Source: Vicinamibacterales bacterium
GTDB lineage: Bacteria > Acidobacteriota > Vicinamibacteria > Vicinamibacterales > JAMQPK01
Assembly (NCBI GenBank): GCA_963821375.1
Contig: CAWGDN010000002.1
Coordinates: 808,546-872,545, forward strand
Direction: 5' to 3'
DNA: 64,000 nt
Positions 10,630 to 19,220 of this stretch are shown piece after piece; the stretch's first letter is position 1, and each line of letters starts with the position of its first letter. The translations under genes were made by a program, and so were the position numbers. Below the pieces are notes generated by a model. That model ran no database searches and was not told the origin of the DNA. It was given only the letters and a program-made list of their open reading frames with translations.

Positions 10630-12201
10630 TCAGGCGTTTCGCGTGAACCAGGAGCGGATGCGGCAGCTCGTCGGCGAGCTGCGCGCGTCCTCGCCGAGGC
10701 CCGCGAAGGGGGCGGCGCGAAGTATCTGGAGCGGCATCGCCAGCAGGGGAAGCTGCCGGTGCGCGAGCGTATTGCGCGACTCGTCGATCAATCCAGCCCG
10801 TTTCTGGAACTGTCGCCGCTTGCGGGCCATGGGGTCTACGAGGATGAGACGCCTGGCGCCGGCATTGTGACCGGGATCGGCCGCGTGTCGGGGCGCGATG
10901 TCGCCGTTATCGCGAACGATGCCACGGTGAAGGGCGGGACGTACTACCCCGTAACGGTGAAGAAGCATCTTCGCGCGCAGCAGATCGCGCTCGAGAATCG
11001 ACTGCCGTGCGTGTATCTGGTCGACTCGGGCGGCGCGTTTCTTCCTCTGCAGGCCGAGGTCTTTCCCGATCGCGAGCACTTCGGGCGCATCTTCTTCAAT
11101 CAGGCCCGGCTCTCTGCCGAACGCATTCCTCAGATCGCGGCCGTCATGGGCTCCTGCACGGCGGGTGGCGCATATGTGCCCGCGATGTCCGACGAGACGA
11201 TCATCGTGAAGGGTACCGGGACGATCTTTCTGGGCGGGCCGCCGCTGGTGCGGGCGGCGACCGGTGAAGAGGTGAACGCGCAGGATCTCGGCGGCGCCGA
11301 TGTGCACACCCAGGTGTCGGGAGTGGCCGACTATCTTGCCGACAACGACGATCACGCGATTCAGATCTGCCGAACGATCGTGTCGACGCTCAACAGCAGC
11401 AAGGTCCTTCCTCAGGACAGGGCGACGCCCGAAGAGCCTGCGTACGATCCCGAAGAGCTTTACGGGATCATCAGCGCAGAGGTGAAGCGTCCGTACGACG
11501 TCCGCGAGGTGATCGCCCGCATCGTCGACGGCTCCAGGTTCGACGAGTTCAAGGCGCGGTACGGCACGACGCTCGTGACCGGTTTCGCCCGGCTCGATGG
11601 CTTTCTCGTGGGGGTGGTCGCCAACAACGGCGTGCTGTTCTCGGAGTCGGCTCTCAAAGCGACCCACTTCATCGAGCTGTGCAATTTCCGGGGCGTGCCG
11701 CTCATCTTTCTTCAGAATGTCACCGGCTTCATGGTTGGCAGGCAATTCGAGCGCGGGGGCATCGCCAAAGACGGCGCCAAGATGGTGAGCGCTGTGGCCA
11801 ACTCGGTCGTGCCGAAGTTCACCGTGGTCACCGGCGGGTCGTTTGGCGCAGGCAATTACGCGATGAGCGGCCGCGCGTACGACCCGCGTTTTCTGTGGAT
11901 GTGGCCGAACGCGCGCATATCGGTGATGGGCGCCGAGACCGCGGCCAGCGTGCTGAGCACCGTGAAGCGCGAACAGATGGCGCGTGAGGGGAAGACGCTC
12001 GACGCGGCCGGCGAGCACGCCATCCGCCAGCCGATCGTCGAGAAGTACGAGTTGGAGGGATCCCCATACTATTCGACGGCGCGCCTCTGGGATGACGGAA
12101 TACTGGATCCGGTCGAGACGAGACGGACTCTCGCTCATGCCCTGTCGATCGCGTTCAACGCGCCCTTGCCTCCGCCGCGGTTTGGCGTGTTCAGGATGTA
12201 G
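10595..12201 (+). CDS. acyl-CoA carboxylase carboxyltransferase (beta) subunit, methylcrotonyl-/geranyl-CoA carboxylase type; frame break near 10685
   Basis: The N-terminus [31 protein letters not shown] is in one frame. [34 protein letters not shown] and the rest ([40 protein letters not shown]) are in the next frame. Confidence 0.85.
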
Positions 12202-12960
12202 ATGACCAGACACATCCAGACCCGTCGGGAGGACGGCGTCGAACACCTCGTGCTGAATCGGCCCGAGGTGCGCAACGCGTTGAACGAGGAGGTGATCGCA
12301 CAGGTCACCGAGTGGGCGCGCGCGATCGCCAACGACGCCGACGTGCGAGCCGTGGTGATCTCCGGCGCCGGACCGTCCTTCTGCTCGGGCGCCGACCTTG
12401 CGTGGATGACGAAGATGGCCGGCTACACGCGCGACGAGAACATCCAGGATGCGCGCGCCGCGGCGGCCATGTTTCTCGCGCTCGACACGCTGCCGGTTCC
12501 CGTCATCGCGAGAGTGCACGGCGCCGCCGTTGGCGGCGGCGCTGGGCTGGCCGCGGTCGCCGACATCGCAGTCGCCGACGAAGCCGCGACATTTGCGTTT
12601 TCCGAAGTGAAGCTGGGATTGATCCCCGCCGTCATCGCCCCGTATGTGCTGGCGAAGGTCGGCATGTCGGCCGCCCGGGAGTTGTTTGTGACCGGACGCC
12701 GGTTCGACGCCGACCATGCGCGGCGGATCGGACTCGTGCACGTCGTTGCCGCCTCCGAGCAGCTGGATCGAACTGTCGAGACCTGCTTGTCCGAGCTCCG
12801 GGCGAACGGTCGAGAGGCAATGGCCGAGGCGAAGAAGCTGCTGCGCGCGCTCGCCGGACGGACGGCCGCAACGGTTGGAGAGATGACAGCAGAAGCGATT
12901 GCGATGCGGCGAGTCTCTGCGGAGGCGCAAGAAAGAATGAAGAGGTTCCTCAGTAAGTGA
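12202..12960 (+). CDS. enoyl-CoA hydratase/isomerase family (methylglutaconyl-CoA hydratase-like)
   Basis: Crotonase pattern: LNRPEVRNALN, ISGAGPSFCSGADL, HGAAVGGGAGLAAVADI, SEVKLGLIPA. Confidence 0.85.
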   Translation: MTRHIQTRREDGVEHLVLNRPEVRNALNEEVIAQVTEWARAIANDADVRAVVISGAGPSFCSGADLAWMTKMAGYTRDENIQDARAAAAMFLALDTLPVPVIARVHGAAVGGGAGLAAVADIAVADEAATFAFSEVKLGLIPAVIAPYVLAKVGMSAARELFVTGRRFDADHARRIGLVHVVAASEQLDRTVETCLSELRANGREAMAEAKKLLRALAGRTAATVGEMTAEAIAMRRVSAEAQERMKRFLSK

Positions 12961-13085
12961 TCAGTCGTCAGGCGACAGTCGTCAGTGATCAGTCCAAGTC
13001 GTCAGTCCCAGTCGACAGTCTCAGTCGGCAGTCGACAGTCGGCAGTCGACAGTCGTAGTCATCAGTCTCAGTCGATAGTCGCAGC
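12961..13085. repeat. left arm of a giant hairpin, 7-nt periodic CAGTCGN words
   Basis: AG dinucleotides counted from 12961 are spaced 7,7,7,7,6,7,6,7,6,7,7,7,7. A 32-nt stretch, cagtcgtcagtgatcagtccaagtcgtcagtc, is the exact reverse complement of a stretch in 13503..13621. Confidence 0.85.
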
Positions 13086-13121
13086 AGCTAGGGCGGCACG
13101 GGTTGTGCCTAGCCAACCCCC

Positions 13122-13502
13122 ATGTTGGCACGCTCGCTCGACGAATTGCTTGTCTATCGCAAGTCCCTGAACGCATCCGCAGCAATATCTGCCATCCTCG
13201 AACGGCGAGGAGTGCGCCGAGATTGGCCGCTTTGCAAACAAATGGGGTCGGCTGCTGGAGCTGTTGCGGCCAACATCGCGGAAGGATTTGGGCAGCAGAG
13301 CGATCGTCAGTTCGCCAAGTACCTCTTCATAGCCCGCGGCTCGTCGCACGAGATGCGGGCGCATCTCATGATCGCGCATAGCCGGAGCTACCTCGAAGAC
13401 GCGGAGTTGCGCGATCTGTCAAGCAAGTACGAAGAAATTGCCAAAATGTTGACCGGCCTCATCAAGTATTTGATTGCCAGCGATCGCCAGCAGCGCGGGT
13501 AG
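13122..13502 (+). CDS. four-helix-bundle protein (23S rRNA intervening-sequence protein family)
   Basis: 126 aa with AANIAEGFGQQSDRQFAKYLFIARGSSHEMRAHL and the overall family pattern. It lies in the loop between the two arms. Confidence 0.9.
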   Translation: MLARSLDELLVYRKSLNASAAISAILERRGVRRDWPLCKQMGSAAGAVAANIAEGFGQQSDRQFAKYLFIARGSSHEMRAHLMIAHSRSYLEDAELRDLSSKYEEIAKMLTGLIKYLIASDRQQRG

Positions 13503-13621
13503 CGACTGTCGACTGGGACTGACTACGACTGTTGACTAGCGACTCGACTGTGACTAGCGACTGAGACTGCTGACTGAGACTGACGACTTGGACTGATCAC
13601 TGACGACTGACGACTGTCGAC
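13503..13621. repeat. right arm of the giant hairpin, 7-nt periodic GACTGNC words
   Basis: Reverse complement of the left arm; contains gactgacgacttggactgatcactgacgactg. Confidence 0.85.
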
Positions 13622-13627
13622 TATAAT
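13601..13627 (+). promoter_or_regulatory. possible guaA promoter: TATAAT at 13622..13627, ending 7 nt before the ATG (leaderless-type spacing)
   Basis: A perfect TATAAT hexamer lies at the end of the hairpin arm, with TGAC-containing words upstream as weak -35 candidates. guaA ATG is at 13635. Confidence 0.3.
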
Positions 13628-13634
13628 TTGCTGC

Positions 13635-15447
13635 ATGTTAGGCATCGCGGTCCTCGATGCTGGCGGGCAGTACCTGTCATCTGCTCGCGCGGCGCGTGCG
13701 CGAATCGGGCGTGCAAAGCCATGTGTTGCCGATCGAAACCACCGGCGATCAGCTCGCCGGCGTCAGCGGCATCATCATCTCTGGCGGGCCGCGCAGCGTC
13801 ACCGAGGCCGGATCGCCTCGCGTCGATCCGTCCATCTTCTCGCTGAACGTTCCCATCCTCGGGATCTGCTACGGCCATCAACTGCTTGCGGCGACGCTGC
13901 CGGGCGGCGTGGTGAAGCGCAGCCACTCGCGCGAGTACGGCCTTGCGCGGTTTCGGCTTGCGCCGGATTCGAGCGCACACGACGCGCTCGGCTTGTTCGC
14001 CGGTGTACCCGAGTCGAGCCAGGTCTGGGTCAGCCACGGCGATTCAGTGGAGAGGCTGCCGGCAGGGCTCGACGCGCTCGGCTCGACCGACGACTGTGCT
14101 GTTGCGGCGATGGGCGATGCCGGCCGCCGCATCTACGGCGTGCAGTTTCACCCGGAAGTGACCCACACCGAATTCGGCGCTGTGCTGCTCGGCAACTTCG
14201 TGCGCCGTGTCTGCGGCTGCGCGGCGACATGGAAGCCGTCGTCGGCCGAGACCATCGAAGCGATCAAGGCCGACATACGGGCGCGAGTCGGTGCGTCAAA
14301 GAAGGTGCTGTTCTTCGTGAGCGGCGGCGTCGATTCATCGGTCGCGTACAAACTGTGTGCCGACGGGCTGGGCCAGGATCGCGTCCATGGCGTCTACGTC
14401 GACACCGGGTTCATGCGCAAGAACGAGTCGGCCGAGGTGATGACGTCGTACGAAAGGGCCGGCTTTCTCAATGTGCGCCTTCGCGATGCGTCAGTGGAGT
14501 TTCTCGCGGCCGTCGGGGACGAGACGAATCCAGAGACCAAACGGAAGCTGATCGGCGCGGCGTTCTTATCGGTGGAAAACGACGTGCTCGCCCATCTTCC
14601 GAGAGGCGAGTGGCTGCTCGGCCAGGGCACGATCTATCCCGATACGATCGAGTCGGGTGGCACGCGCGAGTCGGCGCTCATCAAGACACACCACAACCGC
14701 GTGCCCGAGCTGCTCGTGCGGGTTGCGGCCGGGGAGGTCGTGGAGCCGCTCGTGCAGTTCTATAAGGATGAAGTCCGCGAGATCGGGCGTGCGCTCGGCT
14801 TGCCGTCGCGGCTCATCGAGAAGCAGCCGTTTCCGGGTCCCGGCCTCGCCGTCAGATTTCTGTGCGCCGACGCACCGGCGGCATGGTCTCAGGACGCCAA
14901 GCTCGACGAGGTGGCGGCGCCATTCAAGCTTGGCGCGCGCGTGCTGCCGGTTCGCGGCGTCGGGGTTCAAGGGGACGAGCGCACGTATGCGCATACGGCG
15001 CTGCTCACCGGTGACTACGACGAGCAGCGCGTTGCCGAGCTCGCGCCGGCGATCACCAATGCCTGCCGGGACGTGAACCGCGTCGCGTTCTGGGCGGGAT
15101 CGAAAGGCACGATCGACGACTTCAAGGTCGAACCGACGACCACGTCCCGCGAAGGCCTCGACGTGCTGCGCGAAGCCGACGCGCGCGTGCGCGACATCCT
15201 CGCCGACTACGACACGCAGAAGCGCATCTGGCAATGTCCGGTGGTGATGCTGCCGCTCAAGCGCAACGGCGAGGCGTCCATCGCGATCAGGCCCGTCGAA
15301 TCGCATGACGGCATGACGGCGCAGTACGCCAAGCTGCCATGGCCCGTCATCGAACGCATCCGGGCGGCCGTGCTCGACGTGCCCGGCGTCGGCGCCCTCC
15401 TCTACGACGTCACGAACAAACCGCCGGCCACGATCGAGTGGGAGTAG
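13635..15447 (+). CDS. guaA: GMP synthase (glutamine-hydrolysing), long form; frame break near 13672
   Basis: MLGIAVLDAGGQY is in one frame. CHLLARRVRESGV..., ICYGHQLL, FHPEV, FFVSGGVDSSV, KTHHN and the C-terminal PPATIEWE are in the next. Removing one c from cagtacctgtcat restores QYCHL. Confidence 0.9.
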
Positions 15448-15450
15448 GCA

Positions 15451-15691
15451 GCCAGTCGTCAGTCATCAGTCGTCAGTGATCAGTCTCAGTCGCCAGTCCC
15501 AGTCACCAGTCTCAGTCAATAGTCGACAGTCGCTGTCAATGAGTCGCCCGCCACGAAATAGCGTGAAGCGAGCGCAACTCGCTGTGTCTAAAAGACTGCT
15601 GACTGCGACTTTCAATTTTGACTGTCGACTTACGACTTTGACTGTGACTGTCGACTGAGACTGATCACTGACGACTGACGACTGGTGACTC
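15451..15691. repeat. ORF-less long hairpin of the same CAGTCGN word family
   Basis: Left arm ~15451-15540 and right arm ~15596-15691 are reverse complements (gtcagtgatcagtctcagtcg...). They enclose a ~60-nt unique loop. Confidence 0.8.
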
Positions 15692-15713
15692 AACTTCCGA
15701 TACATCGGTTGAT

Positions 15714-15935
15714 ATGACCTGGCTATTCTCGAAGGGTGATCAGCGGATGTCGTGCGAGGCGCGGGAGGCGATGCTGTGGTACGAGCTCGTCGTCACGGCA
15801 CCGGACGGCGTGTCGCGAATCGAGCGCTATACCGAGCGTGCAGGAATGCTGAGACGGCAGCAGGAGTTGCTGTGCGCCTGGAAGGCGCAGGGCTGGCGCG
15901 AACTCGAGCCCGAGCCCGCGGCAGCTCGCCGCTAG
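15714..15935 (+). CDS. small hypothetical protein
   Basis: 73-aa ORF between two hairpin elements. No recognisable motif. Its stop TAG at 15933 abuts the next hairpin. Confidence 0.3.
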   Translation: MTWLFSKGDQRMSCEAREAMLWYELVVTAPDGVSRIERYTERAGMLRRQQELLCAWKAQGWRELEPEPAAARR

Positions 15936-15936
15936 T

Positions 15937-16016
15937 GCGGCGGTTCTCGGTTCTCGGTTCTCAGTTCTCAGTTCTCAGTTCGAACTGAGAACTGAGAACG
16001 CAGAACCTAGAACCGC
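15937..16016. repeat. hairpin of GTTCTCA/TGAGAAC heptads with a TTCGAA apex (15979..15984) between convergent genes
   Basis: gcggttctcggttctcggttctcagttctcagttctcagttcgaactgagaactgagaacgcagaacctagaaccgc. It touches TAG 15933-15935 on one side and CTA 16018-16020 on the other. Confidence 0.85.
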
Positions 16017-16017
16017 T

Positions 16018-16402
16018 CTAGCTCTCTTGGCCAATCGCCGCGCGGACCCGATTCAGCAGATCGGCCGACGTGAACGGTTTTTCCAGCAGGTCGAGGTCGG
16101 CCTGGATGTTCTCGCTGTACCCAGACATATACAGCACCCTCAGGTCTGGGAGCTGCGCGCGGTCGATGCGCTTCACCATTTCTTTCCCGCTCATCACCGG
16201 CATCGTGATGTCGGTGAGCACCAGCTTGACGGGGCTCTCCGCGCTCTGAATCGTGTCGAGCGCTTCGACGGGTCCGGCCGCTTCGAGCACGTGATAGCCG
16301 GATCGGCGCAATATCGCACAACAGAATCTGACGGACCGACGCTTCGTCCTCGACGACAAGGACTACCTCGGATGACCCCGTGGTCGCCGAAGAGGTGATC
16401 AT
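16018..16402 (-). CDS. single-domain response regulator (receiver); frame break near 16320
   Basis: MITSSATTGSSEVVLVVEDEASVRQIL is in one frame. CAILRRSGYHVLEAAGPVEALD...LVLTDITMPVMSG...LEKPF is in the next. Confidence 0.75.
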
Positions 16403-16450
16403 GCCCACGTTATCGGCCGAAGCAGGAGTATTCTTTGGGGCGCTACTGGC

Positions 16451-17996
16451 ATGCTGAACCTCTCCGCAGTACTCGAGCAGCACGCACGGCGCAGGCCGCA
16501 GGCCGAGGCGATCGCGTGCGGTTCGACGCGCCTGTCGTACGGCGAGCTCGATGGCCTGGCAAATCGCATCGCTGGAGGACTCGCCGCATCCGGCATCCGC
16601 CGTGGCGACCACGTTGCGCTGCTGAGTCCTAATCTTCCGCAGTTTCCCGCGATCTACTTCGGCATCCTCAAGACTGGCGCGACCGTCGTGCCGCTCAACG
16701 TGCTGCTCAAGCCGCGAGAGATCGCGTACCACTTGCGCGACAGCGACGCGAAAGCTGCTGTTCTGTTTTCAGGGAACGCCGGAGCTTCCCATGGCGCAGG
16801 CGGCGAAGGCCGCCGTCGACGTCGTGCCCTCCTGCTCCGAGCTCGTCGTCATCGGCGGCAGCCCCGATGACGATGCGACGACGCTCGATCGATTTGTGGC
16901 GGGCCATCCGCCGACATTCGATACCTGCGACACGAGTCCGAACGATACGGCCGTCATGCTCTATACCTCGGGCACGACGGGACAACCGAAGGGCGCCGAG
17001 CTGACGCATCTCAACATGACGATGAATGCGATGGTGTCGGCGGAGTTGTGCGCCTCGTCACACGATGGCACCGGCCGGCACGCGACCGCAGTGACGCTTC
17101 CGCTGTTCCATGCCACGGCACAGACCGCGCAGATGCTCGCGTACCTCCATCTTGGCGGCAGTCTCGTGCTGCTGTCGCGATTCGACCCCGCGGCGCTGCT
17201 GAACGCGATCATCAGCGAACGCGTCACGCATTGGGTGGGCGTGCCGACGATGTACTGGATGCTGCTGAAGCATGCGAGAGAGCATGGCGTCGATGTCTCG
17301 AAGGCGGCAGCGAGTCTGAAGCTCGTCGTCTCGGGCGGCGCGCCGATGCCGGTGGAGCTGATGAAGGACTTCGAGCACACCTTCGGCGTCCGCATTATCG
17401 AGGGCTACGGACTCTCGGAGACGGCGCCCGTGGCCACCTTCAATCATCTCGATCGTCCCTCGAAGCCCGGCACGGTGGGCCAGCCGCTCTTTGCCGTGGA
17501 CGTGATGATCGTCGATGACAAGGACGAGCCGGTACAGACTGGGACGCCTGGCGAGGTCGTCATTCGCGGTCACAACGTGATGAAGGGCTACTACAAGCAG
17601 CCCGAAGCGACGGCCGAAGCGATGCGGAACGGCTGGTTCCACACGGGCGACATCGGCACGCTCGACGCCGACGGCTATCTTTGCATCGTCGATCGCAAGA
17701 AGGACATGATCCTGCGCGGCGGGTTCAACGTGTATCCGCGCGAGCTCGAAGAGGTGATGCTGACGCACCCGGCCGTGTCGCTCGTGGCCGTCATCGGCGT
17801 TCCCGACGAGCGGCTGGGCGAGGAAGTAAAGGCGTTCGTCGTCAAGAAACCCGGAACCGACATCAGCGAGGACGAGCTGCAGGCCTGGTGCCGGGACCAG
17901 CTAGCTGACTACAAGTATCCCCGCCATATCGAGTTCCGCACGGAGCTGCCGACGAGCGCGACGGGAAAGATCCTGAAGAGAGAACTTCGCGGGTGA
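16451..17996 (+). CDS. AMP-dependent acyl-CoA synthetase/ligase (long-chain fatty acid-CoA ligase-like); frame break near 16780
   Basis: MLYTSGTTGQPKGA, GYGLSETAP, GWFHTGDIG, PTSATGKILKREL. The N-terminal 110 aa are in a different frame. Confidence 0.85.
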
Positions 17997-18075
17997 GTCA
18001 GTTCTCAGTTCTACGTTCTCCGTTCTCAGTTCGAACCCAGAACCCAGAACCCAGAACTGACGAACTGACGAACTT
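17997..18075. repeat. second GTTCTCA-family hairpin with a TTCGAA apex (18030..18035)
   Basis: gtcagttctcagttctacgttctccgttctcagttcgaacccagaacccagaacccagaactgacgaactgacgaac. It starts directly after the ligase stop (17994-17996). Confidence 0.75.
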
Positions 18076-18123
18076 GCACCCCGTCCCGTTCCCAGCGCGT
18101 CCTATCGTTATCGGGGTGCACCC

Positions 18124-19072
18124 ATGGACACCATCGAACAAGAAATTCTCGACGCGTACTCGCAGGCCGTCGTTCGGGCGGTAGAGCTGGTCGGTCCCTC
18201 TGTCGTCACCATCGAGGTCGGCCACGACAAGGGGCGTCGCGGCCAGGGAGGCCACGGCTCCGGGTTCGTGTTCACACCAGACGGCCTGGTCCTGACCAAC
18301 AGCCACGTCGTTCACGGAGCGCAGACGATTCGTGTGACGCTGCCGGACGGCCGGAAGCTTCCGGCCGCCTTGATCGGCGAGGATCCGGACACCGACTTGG
18401 CCGTCGTGCGCGCCGCGGCCTCGGATCTGCCCGCGCTTAAGCTCGGCGACTCACAGGCCATTCGCGTGGGTCAGCTCGTGGTTGCCATCGGCAATCCGCT
18501 GGGCTTCTCGGCGACGGTCACGGCCGGCGTCGTCAGCGCGCTCGGTCGATCGCTGCGTTCGCGATCGGGCCGGCTGATGGACGACATCATTCAAACCGAC
18601 GCGGCGCTCAATCCGGGCAATTCTGGCGGGCCGCTCGTGAACTCCCGCGGCGAAGTGATTGGCGTCAACACCGCCGTCATCTCCGGCGCGCAGGGGCTCT
18701 GCTTCGCCATTGCGGCCAACACCGCGCAGTTCGTCGTCGGCCGGCTGATTCGCGACGGCCGGATCCGCCGATCGTATCTGGGCGTCGCCGGCCAGAACAC
18801 GCCGATCGCGCGGCAGATCGTCCGCTTCTACGGCTTGGCAATGTCGAAAGGCATCCTGGTTGCGACGATCGAGCCCGACAGTCCGGCAGCGAAGGGCGGC
18901 CTGCAGGAAGGGGACATGATCGTCGGCCTCGACGGACACGACGTGTCGCAGCATCGATCAGCTGCACCGGCTGCTGTCGGAAGAGCGCATCGGCCGAGAG
19001 GCGACGTTCACCGTGGTGAGGCGCACCGAGAAGCTGGAGTTGCGCTTGATCCTCGCCGAGCGCACGGACTAG
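18124..19072 (+). CDS. HtrA/DegP-family serine protease with PDZ domain; frame break near 18950
   Basis: TNSHVV, DTDLAVV and GNSGGPL form the catalytic triad context. The PDZ tail [40 protein letters not shown] reads in a second frame and ends at TAG 19070-19072. Confidence 0.85.
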
Positions 19073-19082
19073 ACTGAGCGTT

Positions 19083-19206
19083 CGGGTTTCCTGGTGGCCC
19101 GGAACCTGTGCAATCTCAGTCTATGAACCGCGTCAGGGCCGGAAGGCAGCAGCGCTAAGTAGTCCCTGAGCTGTGCCGCAGGCCCTCCGGGCCTCTAAGG
19201 AACCCG
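19083..19206 (+). ncRNA. ffs: signal recognition particle RNA (small bacterial 4.5S type)
   Basis: Conserved helix-8 core GUCAGGGCC-GGAA-GGCAGCAGC at 19132-19150. Flanking pairings: ggcccgga 19096-19103 with tccgggcc 19186-19193, and cgggtttcc 19083-19091 with ggaacccg 19199-19206. The position just upstream of dnaX is the classical one. Confidence 0.75.
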
Positions 19207-19220
19207 ACCACGACCCCGCT

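Noticed and set aside
10630-12930. 766-aa minus-strand ORF
   Set aside because: It is antisense across the carboxyltransferase and enoyl-CoA hydratase genes, both of which have clear motifs. It carries no motifs and has an Arg/His-rich composition.
13635-14765. 376-aa plus-strand ORF in an alternative guaA frame
   Set aside because: Only its first ~13 codons (MLGIAVLDAGGQY) look like GMP synthase. The rest is an Arg-rich out-of-frame read-through caused by the frame break near 13672.
12985-15705. Small ORFs inside the repeat arms (12985..13170, 15466..15705, 15476..15658)
   Set aside because: They are translations of heptad repeats (SQS/VSR-type low complexity) on both strands, not credible genes.
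12961-16016. Heptad arrays as a CRISPR array
   Set aside because: The period is 7 nt, there are no unique spacers and no repeat of CRISPR length, and no cas genes occur in the window.
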